A DNA stretch of 64,000 bases from Cirrosporium novae-zelandiae (Eukaryota): NCBI GenBank assembly GCA_026023565.1, contig JAPETS010000009.1:310001-374000 (forward strand), given 5' to 3'. The translations under genes were made by a program, and so were the position numbers. Numbering within the stretch: the stretch's first letter is position 1; every line of letters starts with the position of its first letter. The notes below the pieces were generated by a model that searched no databases, was not told the DNA's origin, and saw nothing but the letters and a program-made list of their open reading frames with translations. This document shows, one piece after another, positions 26,785 through 39,611 of the stretch.

Positions 26785-27749
26785 ATGGGCAAAAGGCAAG
26801 TACCCGCCTTTCGTTGCCTGTTCGTCCCTTCGCCATTTGAGATCTCTTCTCGGCGCTCTGCGTAAATGAACGTTGCCACAGTCAAGATGCTATCTGACAA
26901 GACTATACGACTCATTTTATCCTCACAAACCCCTCCCTTCATACCCCGACACCTGTGACCCATCATGGCCTGGTTTCATTACCTCCGTTGGGGGCCCTGC
27001 TATTGCTACCACTCCTTCATCGGCCTCATTTTCAGAGCACTTGACCGCTTACATAGAGAACCTGAGCAACGTTATAGTCAGTCGAAACTCAACCCTCAAC
27101 AACTCGAAGAGCTTCAAAAGTCAACCCATTTCGACAAGAAGGAGCTCCAGCAATGGTATAAAGGTCATCGTTTAATCCCTCTTCATCTGTATTTACTTCG
27201 CTAACCTTCCATCTACAATCAGGCTTCCTTAAAGACTGCCCCTCGGGAACTCTTACCAAAGAAGAATTCCAGAAGATCTACCGACAATTCTTTCCTTATG
27301 GCGATCCATCCTCGTTCGCGAACTACGTCTTCAATGTCTTCGATGAGGATAATAGTGGAACGATCGATTTCAAGGAATTCATTTGCGCATTGAGTGTTAC
27401 AAGCCGAGGGAAAATGGAGGATAAACTTGATTGGGCATTCCAACTGTACGATATTGATGGCGACGGGAAGATTAGTTATGATGAGATGCTGGCGATTGTC
27501 GAGGCAATATACAAAATGGTTAGCTTACCCACTTTTGGGAGATTCTTCCGCTAACATCCTGGACTGTAGGTCGGCTCAATGGTCAAACTCCCTGAAGATG
27601 AAGACACCCCTGAAAAACGGGTAACCAAAATCTTTCGGATGATGGATAAGGATCGGAATGGCAGTCTCGACATGAACGAATTCAAAGAGGGATCGAAGCG
27701 TGATGAGACAATTGTTTCGGCCTTATCATTATATGATGGGCTTGTCTAA
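26785..27749 (+). CDS. ncs-1: Neuronal calcium sensor / frequenin (EF-hand, N-myristoylated), 4 exons
   Basis: Exons 26785-26795, 27078-27163, 27223-27518, 27570-27749 give MGKSQSKL...[16 protein letters not shown]...[13 protein letters not shown]...[13 protein letters not shown]...[10 protein letters not shown]. Confidence 0.95.
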
Positions 27750-28346
27750 CCCGAAGCCCTATGTCAGGAAGAAACTGCGCTTTTGCCTCAGCCTAAGCAT
27801 CTTTGGAAATGAAAGGATACTTCCTCATCATGTGCCCACGCTCGATACGTATGTTTTTGTAACGATGATACAAAGATTCGGATGGTTTGAGATAGATCCG
27901 TCTGTCATACTGGATAAGGAACCTCGGAGGCTTCATGTGAAGGGATATTTGCCATCCCTTTTGTTTGTCCGGCGCACGCACTGAGAAGGAGTCTTGTATC
28001 CCCAAGGAATTGTGTTTATAAAGGATCGGTCAGAATCTGATCGGTCAAAGAATTCAAATACCCGAGTCTTTTCGAAATGAAACATGTATTTTTCCCCGTT
28101 TTAAGCTTATTCCTGGTGATGAATTTCCATCTTCATTTCTATTCCGTGCCGCTATGTTTGCATGCCCTAGTGCCAGCTATAAGCACTGATGTTTTCCCTT
28201 TATGGTTCCTGGTTATTTCGTTCAGTTGACTCGAGTTAAATATTATGAGTCTCCGTTTTACTAATAAAGGTGAAGTATTCTCCAAGATAAATTTCCACTT
28301 TTTGCTAGTTACAACCAGAGTGCGCTAAAGCTACAGGTCGCCGTTA

Positions 28347-29458
28347 TTAGATACTTTCAAAAGACGATCCTCCAGCTGCCTTGTCGATATCCATACATTC
28401 CTGCAGACCGCACATCATGAACAATTCTTTTGGCCCTCCTTGGCTAAAGTCAACTTTGCCTTCCGTTTTCAATGATTTCAAGGCGGTCATGGTTGATCTA
28501 TATACTGCTTCCAATGCCACACTTGGACAGATCATAAGTTTGAATCCAAGCTCTTTCGCCTCTTCTGCGGTTATCATCGGAGTAACCCCGCCGGGAACCA
28601 TATTTAAAACTACAGGCACACTCATCGATTCGCATACCTTCCTCCCCTCTTCTTTAGATCTGATTCCTTCCTGTGACGGTAGAGTTAATAAGGGATCAGG
28701 GCGGAAATCGAGGTAGTACAAACCAGAAATACCACATCAGCTCCAGCATCGACTGCGCTTTGAAGACGCTTCACGGCTGCATCAAAACCTAATGATGCAA
28801 GAGCATCCGTCCTAGCAATAATAACTATTCTTGACCTAATCTTGTTTCTAGCTGCGGTTGCCGCTTTGATCCGTGATATGTATACCTGCTCGTCGACCAG
28901 TTCTTTGCCGAGTAAGTGGCCACATCTTTTCGTTTGAACCTGATCTTCGAGATGCAAAGCTGCTACTCCCGCTCGAGCATATTGAATGACAGTTCGTGCC
29001 ACCATGTTGGGCCCTAAGACGATAAGCTTGAACCCTTGAGTATGAGAATCGGTTTCTGACCTCCATATCCGGTGTCTGCATCGGCAATAACAGGAACCGT
29101 AGTATCCAAGCTAGCGATCATTTCTGCATTCTCCTTCATATCATTTAGAGTTGTCAGGCCCAAATCTGCCCAGCCGAGTCTTGACATTGATGTCCCACTA
29201 ATTTTTTCGGGTTAACACTTGGGAAAGACAAATAGAAATCTTCAACCTTACGCTCCAGTCTAATAGTTTATTATTAGCGTCAGGCAAGGATAATAGCTAT
29301 GGCACAAGTGGATTTACCATGTATATGGCATCGAACCCTACATTCAATGCCAACCGGGCAGTCAATCCGTCATAAACACCTGGACAGACGATAATTTTGT
29401 TGGGTTCTTGTAACATTTGACGCAGCCTTTCGGCGCCTAATAGTGATATGGAAGTCAT
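28347..29458 (-). CDS. Isocitrate lyase/PEP mutase superfamily lyase (2,3-dimethylmalate lyase / OAH-class), multi-exon
   Basis: PGVYDGLTAR, YMTGAGTS (via 8-nt exon 29252-29259), IADADTGYG, LEDQ..KRCGH, IARTD, NMVPGGVTP. Confidence 0.9.
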
Positions 29459-30109
29459 GATGGTTTATGCTTTCCGAATAATAGGTGCGGAAGATTCAGT
29501 TGAGACTTTTTAGGTTGATGTCCTTACGATATATATACCTTGCGTATTGAATGCAGGGAAGTATTTTTACTTCCAAACTTCCTATCGAAATTCAAGTCTA
29601 GGAGATTCATGGAGAGGTAATCACTATTTATCATTCAAATCACAATTAGCAGGAGATTAAGAATAAAAAGGTTAGAATGTGACGTCCTCTCAATTGTCTT
29701 ATGAGTGCTACCAATCCAAGAGCCCCTAATTCCTCTTATTATGCAGCAACGCGGCGTTAAGCCATCTTCTCCGCGCGAGTGGCCCTGGCATGCCTGGTTT
29801 ACCCTACAAAACGCCGCCCGTAAGCCATCCGCTGGCATTTAAACTGCCGAAGGTCGATGAAACATGCAAATTCGCTTGCAGCTAAACCCAATTATGGTAA
29901 CTGTTCACCTAGACTTTACTTATCACCGGTTTCTGCATGTACTTTACTATGAGCAGTAGCAGCTTACAAGTGATTCGTTGAGATCATGGATGATGACTGC
30001 ATGATTCTTTTTCTTGACATAGTCTACATCTATAAAGATATCGATGTGGCTACCGAGCTATATCACATTATCATTCCTTTAAGATGAACTTTCTTTTGGA
30101 AAATATACT

Positions 30110-32980
30110 ATGTCACATAGCGAGTTGACCGTACACATTACTCAAAGTGCTGATCCGGGCAATGACTGTCTTGCAAAAGACATTTGTTCCTGTCTCCACG
30201 ATGTTAGGGGGGTATCTATCAACGCTCAGACAACTGCTAGTGATGGTAAGATGTCCAGTTTTCATCAAGCTCAAAAATTGACATTCGCAGGCATCAGCGT
30301 CATCGTCAATGAAGCCACTAGCTTCGTCGATATTTTCCAACAATTTATATCAGCCTTGATCAGCATAGAAAAGTCTGCCGAAGCAGATTCCCTTGGGAAT
30401 GTCCTGGCCATGGCCCTTGACAAGAAGTCGTTTCGCGGCCTTCAACTAGACCCCAAGCAGAGTTTGACGGACACCGACCTCGAAGAGCTTCGGTTCCGTA
30501 TAGATGCTTGGTTGGAAGCTTTGAACTCGGTAGAAAGAGCACGGCACTGTCTCACTCCTTTGGCCAGTCGAGCGGCGGGGAGAAGACCCATGACTATTAC
30601 GGAAAAGATATTTGCACATCATAGCATTTTACCGCTACCAGAATATGGCCTTAAGCCTGGGGATATGGTTCAAACATCTGTGGATTGGATCATTGCTTCA
30701 GAGGTCTCTTATGCGGTTAGTTGAAGCCGTTTTCGGTGGTCCTGGAGGAGTCCGCTCACAATTTCTAGGGTATGGTCAAAACACTTGATGAGATTGGCAA
30801 CCCTGGTATCTGGCGAAATGATCGTTTATATATTGCCGGGGACCATCTTATGGACCCAAGGATTTAGTGAGTTAACCTTTGCGTTGAAATGTAATTTGGA
30901 ACTGTTGCGTTACTGATGCAAGATTAAAGCAATGTCCCGAAAGTCCAAGAACTTATCAAAGCTGCCGAAAAGGCCAAACAACAATATAGGATGACTGATT
31001 ATATGGGCCTCAACGTGTGTCGACATGTGGAGAACTCTACTATCATGTAACTGATGAATTTTAGTATACTATCATGCACACGGAATTTGTCCGACAACGT
31101 GCCCAGCCGGGAATGCTCGTCATCGGTGCTGACTCCCACACCTGTTCAGCAGGTGCCGTGAGCTGTGTATCTATTGGTCTTGGGGCTGCAGATGTAGCAA
31201 TGGCCACAGTGACTGGATCGACCTTCTTCAAGGTACCAGAGTGCATCAACGTCCAATTTATCGGGAAGCCTGGCCCAGGTATCGGTGGCAAGGATACAAT
31301 CCTATATATTCTGAGTGAATTCAAGCGCAACACAGTCGCTGCCGAAAGAATCGTTGAGTTTTCGGGCCCTGGGACGAAATACTTGTCGATAGATGCGAGG
31401 TTTGCCATATCAAATATGTGCACCGTGAGTCTACCCGTGCTGGCTGCTGTGTTTTGCTAACATGGACAAGGAATTTGGAGCTATAACCGGCCTATTTGTT
31501 CCGGATATAATTACGAAAGGATATATTGATTCTCGCAAAGTCAAACGGATGAAGGCCGAAACAACATACTTTCTACCAGACGAAGATGCACAATATGCTA
31601 CGAGGTTTGAAATTGATCTCAGCAAAGTCCAATCCTTCATGGCAGTTTATCCAAGGCCAGATGATGTATGCCCCGTCAGCTCAAAAGCTGGTACCAAGCT
31701 CGACGGCGTTTTCATTGGGGCATGCACAACTGCAGAAGAAGACCTCATCCTTGGAGCGCTTGTCTTGAAAGTCGGGCTTAAGAACGGTTTCCAGCTGGCA
31801 AAGGGGAAAAGGCACGTTGTCCCAGGATCTCTGCCAATTGCAAGCCGGCTTGAAGACTTGGGACTTGCGGATGTGTATCGAGAAGCTGGGTTTACTCAAG
31901 GTGTTCCAGGGTGCAGCTTTTGCGTTGGGATGGGAGCAGACAGGGCACAGCCAGATGAAGTTTGGCTTTCCAGTCAGAATCGCAATTTCAAGAATAGAAT
32001 GGGAAAAGGTGAGGATCACACAGTATTGATACAATCATATATTTACTGATATTGCCTAGGCTCTTTTGGGAACATAACATCTGCCGCCGCAGTCGCTGCG
32101 TCTTCGTTTAGCATGGAAATCACGGACCCCACGCCATTTCTGTCGCAAATTGATCCTAACGATCTGAATCAATACTTTGGGACAAGCAATTTCTTACAAA
32201 CTCATCTGGAGACCGAGGTATTGCCTGTCAAAGAACCAAATTTTTCTATTCGTGCTAGCCAAGATGTCAAGGAAGACAAGTCTCCAAGGCCATCAATCCG
32301 CACCAGGTCTCAGAAAATCATCAAGGGCAAGATCCAAGTATTGGATGACTTCATAGATACAGATGCTGTAGGTCCACACCTCCGCATTTCATCTCTCAAG
32401 GCTAATTGCCATACTCTAGCTCGCTCCAATTGAATTCCTTGTAGGTGCCAAGTCAGACGAAGACATCGGGACCCACTGTCTTCAACATACACACCCGGAA
32501 TTTGTTTCAAAGGTCAAAGATGGATTCAATATTATAGTTGCCGGAAAGGCATTTGGATGTGGAAGTTCCCGGGAGGAAGCCGTCAGAGCTCTGAAAGGCT
32601 GTGGCGTTCAACTCGTCATCGCCCGCTCGTTTTCTTTCATCTTCGGTCGCAACATGCCTACGCTTGGACTTTTAGGCATAGTCATGTCTGACGATGATTT
32701 CTACAAAGCTGCAACCTCTAGATCGGAAATTTCTGTGGATGTGGCGGGTCGTATTCTTGTTGTGGGTGAGGAGACATTTTCATTTCAGCTGGATCCCATG
32801 GAGATTGGTTTGATTGAGAATAAGGGTGTTAGTGAAGCGTACAAGAGATTTGGCAAGAATGTCTTTGAGAAGATAGCAAATCTGGAAACGGGAAGTGAAA
32901 GCCTAGGGGCTCGATTGAAGATGGGAAATGCGATGCTGGCAACAAACAAGCCAGGGGTCGTAGAGAAGCTGGAATGGTAG
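30110..32980 (+). CDS. Aconitase-family Fe-S dehydratase (fused LeuC+LeuD / homoaconitase-like) with N-terminal extension, multi-exon
   Basis: [45 protein letters not shown]. Swivel domain DFIDTD and [15 protein letters not shown]. Confidence 0.9.
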
Positions 32981-33311
32981 CGTTCTTTAGGAAGCAGTCA
33001 TATTGAATCGCGACTTTTCTTGTCCTTGCTAGAATCCAATGTAAGCTGAGTGGTCAGTATCTGTTAGAGAGGACATCATTGAGTACAGTTCTAGGAGGCC
33101 TCTCGAGTACTTCCGTAGTCTTCCGTGTCCCTCACTGAGATCCGGCCCGGTTTCGCGGCCCCTCCGGCTAAGCAGGGATTATTAATCAGGATGATGCAAT
33201 TTTCTCAAAGCTCCCGATAGAAAAGTATTGCAAACCTTTATTTTTTACTTTCCCTCCATCAACCCCACTCTTGAGTATTTCCATCCATTCGACTCTTTTC
33301 TTATATCAACA

Positions 33312-34279
33312 ATGGCATCTCTACTCCCAGCTACAGCTTCTCGAGCTTTGCTACGATCCTTTGTGCCAGCTGTGCGCACAGCTCCTCGAGCTGCAAGGGT
33401 GTTTTCTCGACCTTCGTTATCCGCATTCCGAACTTTTGCGTCTGCGACAAGGGAGCAGCCAAGGTAACCTGGATGCATCAAACCGCAACAATGGAGAAAT
33501 GATTGCTCATATAATTGCTTGCAGATTGAGAATTGGAACGACTTGCCCTGACTTTCATGCAAAGACGACCCAGGGTGATGTCGAATTTCACAAATTCATC
33601 GGAGACAAATGGGCTATTCTCTTTTCGCATCCGGTAACGCTCGGTTTCTGTCGTCGAGATTAGTAATTTCTACTAATTTCTACTGCCAATACAGGCAGAC
33701 TTCACTCCTGTCTGCACGACGGAACTCGGTGCCTTTGCTAATTTGAAGGACGAGTTCGAGAAGAGAAATGTCAAGATGATTGGTTTGGTTCGTTACTTAC
33801 TTCAGTTAGCTCCCGTCCTACATTCTGTGCTGATTATCTTCCATCAGAGCGCCAACGACCTTGGCTCCCATGACCAGTGGATCAAAGACATCAACGAGAC
33901 TTCCAACGCAAATCTCCAATTCCCCATCATCGCCGATGCAGACCGAAACGTCGCCTTCCTATACGACATGATCGCAGAAGAGGATCTCAAGAAGCCAGAA
34001 ATTGCATTCACGATTCGATCTGTGTTTATCATTGACCCGGCTAAGAAGATCAGACTGATGATGTCTTACCCCGCCTCAACCGGAAGAAACGCCGCTGAGG
34101 TCCTAAGGGTGATTGACGCTCTGCAGCTCGCCGATGAGAAGGGCATCGCAACTCCCGTTAACTGGACGGCGGGTGAAGACGTAATTGTTCCCCCTTCAGT
34201 CTCGACTGCTGATGCCAGGAAGAAATTCGGCGACAGCGTTAGGGAAATCAAGCCATACCTTCGATACACAAAAGTTTAA
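33312..34279 (+). CDS. PRX1: Mitochondrial 1-Cys peroxiredoxin (Prx6 family), multi-exon
   Basis: Arg/Ala/Ser-rich presequence, LFSHP-ADFTPVCTTELG, YPASTGRN, KPYLRYT. Confidence 0.92.
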
Positions 34280-34739
34280 TTTAGATGCCAATCTGCCAAT
34301 CTTCTTGTTCTCATCATGTGACGAGACTGTAAATAGGATCTAATGAACAAGCTCGTATGATTGCAACAGACGATGGCTAAGTTGAAATGAACTGCATTAT
34401 TGAAGATGTGCAGATTGAAATGCAGGAACTAATAATACCTAGGAAATCAATCAAGATTAGCGTGACTTATTATTAAAAGGATGTTTCGACAACCCTAGGT
34501 CGCGGATATTGTGTTTGTGGAATGTGGTCTCGAACTGCCATAAAGAGCTTAGTGGCTGTGGTTTCAATTTCTTCTTCACATTCTCTTGGCCCTCCGTTCA
34601 TATTTTCTTGGCTCTTTATCTTTCTCTTGGCTACTTGAGTAGTGTGCATCGCCTTCGACTATGGCATTTTTGAAAGATAGACAATGGGAGGACGTGATTG
34701 TTCAAAAAAGGCTTCATTATATTTTCATTCGACTAACAA

Positions 34740-36426
34740 TTACTTAACATTCACCTTCTCAAAATCTATCCAGCATTCGTGCTCCATGACTTTGGTCATG
34801 GTTTCATCATAGAAAACCTCAAACCTGCTTGTTACCCCGGGACTAACGTCCTCGAACCCTTTCCTTACCCGGGTCCTGTACTGATGATAGAGAGCCGCTA
34901 CAAGGGTCGTCATTTCTGCCATGGCCAAGTGCGAGCCAATGCACATGCGGCCCCCACTTGAGAATGCCCACCACCAGCGACGGGACTCAGCCCCCATGTC
35001 TCTCTCGCCACCGAGCCAGCGTTCGGGATCAAAGAGGAGCGGTTCCGGAAAGATGGAGGGTTCACGGTGGAGCGTATACGGCGACATTCCGACTACGGTT
35101 CCAGCAGGAATTCTATAGCCGTCGATGATAATGTCTACGGGCGATGTCCTTGGTTCGGTTGCTGGGAGAGGAGGATAGAGACGAAGGGTTTCTTTGATGA
35201 CAGCATTCAGGTAGGGCAACTGGTCCGCGGTTTTACAGGTTGGGACGCCCGAGGCGTTTACCGGAAGATTGACACACTCGTTCCGAAGTTTCTGCTGTAG
35301 GGCAGAATTCTGGGGAAGCGACAACACCCATATGAGAAACATCAACGAGTCAGCCTATTTAAACCAATCAGCGTTATAACCAGAAAGTTGTCTTGTTCTG
35401 ACTTTCCGACTTGCCACTTACTGTTGTGTCGATGCCGGCCAGCAGATGGTCGGCCAACTCCGATGCAATCTCCAGGTCTTCAAGACCATGATCTGCTTGA
35501 ATTGACCTCAGTCTTCCAATGACTGTCGTCCGGGATATTCCTTTTTGTGTGACTGGTGGCGCCGCCTTGAAGGATTTCCAGGCGTTCAGTGCATGCGCTC
35601 TGATGCCTGTATAGGTAGTAGGCTTGTCCATGGGCAAGAGCCCCAGAAAACTGATGAATCGCTCCATCAGTCCAACCTGAGACAGAATCCATTTGGTGTA
35701 ACCGGGCAGATGAACAGCGAACCAGCTTAATTTTCGTCTGGCCGGGTCAAGAATATCATTCAGAAGTGCTCTGTCAACCTCGGATCCGGTCAGAGCGGAG
35801 GTACCTCCATGCTTGGGGCCATACAGAAACTCGGTAATGGAATCAATAGAAAAGTAGTGTAGACTCTGAAATATCTGGCTGGCGGTGTTTTCCTCCCGAA
35901 GCAGCAGTTCAAGATATTGCGCCACCTTCCCTTCCACCATGCTAGAGACAGGCGGACTCGCAACGGTCGACTTGGCATACGCATTACTCAGAAGCTTCTT
36001 CCGCTCGGCATGGCGCTGGGGTTCCGCAAAGGTGAACAGATTCTGCCGGCCATAGACATCAAACATACGATAAAACGAAGTCCTCTCGAACCCACTGCCA
36101 GCACCGTAGATGGTACGAAGGGCAGACAGACTATTGAAAGAAAGCTCGGTCGGGCCAACTCGTACGACGGGGCCGTAGTGGTCGTGTAACGAGTTGATGG
36201 TCTGAGTTCTGCGGCCAATGAAATCCTCGTAGGCTAGGCGCCATCGGGTGAGGGCAAAAGCCCTAGGGCCGGGGATCCGGGATAAGGGTCCAGATACGAC
36301 GTGATTGAGTAACCATCGATACAGCAACAGGAGAACGGGAAGCAGATAGAGCAGTGGCTTCCAATTGGCTGGGAGTTCTTTTGCATGTTGATTGGGTGTA
36401 CTTGTAAGCATCCACCTCATTCTCAT
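34740..36426 (-). CDS. Cytochrome P450, 2 exons
   Basis: N-terminal TM, I-helix AGIDTT, KETLR (ExxR), PERW, heme motif FSSGGRMCIG. Confidence 0.92.
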
Positions 36427-37828
36427 TCAGGGCTAATCAATTTAGATAGATATGAAAAAGATATCCTACCGTTGGATAGCATGTTTTGATTGTTAGTGGC
36501 CTCCCTTCCTCTTCCCTCACACCAGAAGATGTCCTACGATGTTAGAGATATCTAGACGATAATCAATCTCATTCCAAAAGAGGGTAAGATGGCAGATGGC
36601 AAGATGGCACGATTCCTAGAATGACCCATTCGAGACCGGGAGACAACAGGCTTGATTTGGTGGTGAAAATGCCCAGAGAAGGTGAGTCAAGAGTAGTCAA
36701 GAGTAGTAATTTTTTTTACTGGAGGATTGATGTACAAGATGGATTGATGACGGACCAAATAGGAAGTACTGGAGTATATAAGACGACGCCGTCTGTGGTC
36801 AAGCGTGGGGAGGAAGTTATCAAGGTACCGCAAGGGAGATAAGTGGGTTTTTCTACGTACTCTACGTACTCCAGCAGTTACAGGTTCCATTATCGCTGAT
36901 TTGCTGATAGCTCTCTGATACAAGACAACGGAGCAATTTAGTTGGTGGGTGGGGAGGTACTTAACGATCTTTGAGTTTTCCCCCATCCATCTGCGCGCTA
37001 TTGTCCGAACCTGGATGACGTTGGGGAAAAGAAGCTTTGATTCAAAACAGAAGAATCGAAGTGACATGGGTACGAATTTGAATAAAATAACTACATGACT
37101 GCATGAGCTGAGCTGATGCGGTAGAGATGCGATGGGACCAGGTCAGGTCAGGTCAGGGCAAGGTCTTATCAAGGTTTAGGCCATCACATCAGATCCGGGC
37201 AACCCTTTCGGGGGGGAGACACCGGGGACTTTGGGGGGGGGGGGGGGGAATTGAACCTTGACGCCTGTTCCATTGGTTAAACACCTAGATATCGTATTAG
37301 GGACTAGCCTATGATGGGTAATTACAGCTATTTCAAGTAATTAGAACATGCGATATGATTCCCGTTTTTTTCTTCACTTCCTCCTCTCCAATTAATTGAC
37401 ACAAAACCTTGTCCATAGAAGGTTTCTGGAAACAAAAAAATTCAGATGGATGATCTTACAGGCCCAACCCACAGCCAAACAGGACAGGGATTTCCTTCCA
37501 AGACAGACAGCCCTCTGGGATTTTCTTTCTCTCTCTTGTTTTTTGCTTATCGGCCAAGAAATTAATTACCAAATGTCCTGGAAATGTACTGCAAATGTAA
37601 ACTGCTTATCATTGAGCTACCACAGTATGCATCATGTTGATCCAGAGCTCTGATCCTGGTCCCCTCAAATACAAAAGCCTCCATGGGCCCTTGCATTTGC
37701 ATCCCTATCCCCTTCAACCCAGAAATTTCCCTTTCCTTCTTTTTCAGTTCCTCCCGTCCTTTTCTTTGACTGACGTTGGCTGAAAAAAAAAACAAAAAAC
37801 AAAAAGTCCAAGGTCACAAGGTCAAGTC

Positions 37829-39611
37829 ATGGGCAACATGGAGCATTCAACAGCGTCGGTCGTCGACCCGACCAAGGAGTCCAAGGAGTCCAAGGAATCA
37901 ATCGACGCCGACGTGGAATCCGTCCGGATCAATGAGCTCCACGACCCGCGATACCTGCAGACGAGACGAGGTCTGAAGTCCCGCCATGCACAGATGATTG
38001 CCCTGGGCGGAACCATTGGAACTGGATTGTTCGTCGGCAGCGGAGCTACCTTGGCAACCGGTGGCCCCGCCTTCATCCTTATCGCCTACATCATCCTGAC
38101 CGTCATGGTCCTGGCTGTCGTCACGTCGATGGTGGAGGTAGCCGCCTACCTCCCCGTGCACGGAGGTACCATGTCATACTACGGTCACCGATACGTATCC
38201 AACAGCCTCGGCTTCGCCATGGGCTGGCTCTATTTTTATTCGCTGGGGATACTGATCCCCTATGAAATCACCGCTGCAGGTCTAGTCATCAATTACTGGC
38301 CCAACGAGGTCAACATTGCCGTGTGGATCACCATCATGATGGTGGTGATTATCGCTTTGAATATCCTCCCGGTGCAGTTCTACGGCGAAACCGAGTTTTG
38401 GTTTGCTTCCCTCAAGGTGTTTATGATGATTGGACTTTTGATTCTGTCTTTTATCCTCTTCTGGGGCGGCGGGCCAGAACAGGACGGGATCCTGGGATTC
38501 CACTACTGGAAAGTAAGCAAGCTCCTCCCATTTACGGCCCCCGATTACACCCCACAATTCCCCTCCACCCTCAACCCAACCGAACAAGCAGCCCAACTAA
38601 CATGCCACCCCCTCCCACTAGGACCCTGGCGCTACCGAAGAATACCTCAAAACCGGCTCCACCGGCCGCTTCCTCGCCTTCCTCGAAACCCTCGTCCTAA
38701 GCGCCTTCCCCTTCACCTTCGCCGGCGAACTCATGATAGTCACCGGCGGGGAAATGGAATCCCCGCGCCGCAACCTCCCCACAGCCGCGAAACGCTACTT
38801 CTGGCGTCTAATAATCTTCTACGTCTTCGGCGTGCTCGCAATTGGCATCATCTGCCCCTCCAACGCCTCGGAACTAACCTCGGGCGGCACCTCAGCCAAA
38901 GCATCCGCCTTCGTGGTGGGGATAAAACGCGCGGGCATCTCGGGCCTGGACAGCGTCGTCAACGCCGTCATTATTACCTCTGCCTGGTCCTCGGGCAACT
39001 CCTTCCTCTACGTCTCCTCGCGTTCCCTATACTCCCTCGCCGTCGCAGGCAATGCGCCTCGGATCTTCAAAACCTGCTCCAAAAACGGTGTCCCCTACTA
39101 CGCCGTCATGGCCTCAGCATGCTTCGCACCCCTCGCCTATCTCAACTGCGCAAACTCCGGGTCCACCGTCTTCACCTGGTTCGTAAACCTCACAAACACT
39201 TCGGGGTTCCTCTCCTGGATCTCCTGCTGCATCGTCTACATTCGTTTCCGAAAAGCAACAACCACGCAAGGAATCCGCGATCAGGTGCCCTGGTCCCCCA
39301 AGATCCAACCCTGGGGCGCCTGGATCGCTTTATTCTTCTTCGTCTTCCTAACACTCATCAACGGCTTCAACGTCTTCTTCCCCGGGGAATTCTCTGCCTC
39401 CTCATTCCTCACCGCTTATATCGGGATCCCGATTTATTTGGTGATTTATTTTGGACATAGGGCGTATGCGTGGAAGAGGGAGGGGGAGGCGTGGGCGCGG
39501 AAGCCGGAAGAGGTCGATTTGTATACGGGACTGGATGAGGTTCGGGATGCGGAGGTGCCGCCGAGGGTTTATGATCGCTGGTGGCAGAAGGGGTTTAAGA
39601 TTATTGCGTAG
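37829..39611 (+). CDS. Amino-acid permease (APC/YAT family, proline-permease-like), 2 exons
   Basis: RGLKSRHAQMIALGGTIGTGLF, YGETEFWFASLKV, GEMESPRRNLP, SAWSSGNS. Intron ~38512-38621. Confidence 0.92.

Noticed and set aside
38512..39460. Arg/Leu/Pro-rich C-terminus of the 543-aa ORF
   Set aside because: Read-through of an intron into the wrong frame of the permease.
28347..39611. Secondary-metabolite cluster (lyase, dehydratase, Prx1, P450, permease)
   Set aside because: No PKS/NRPS/terpene backbone or regulator, and Prx1 is housekeeping. Only the divergent pair is retained.
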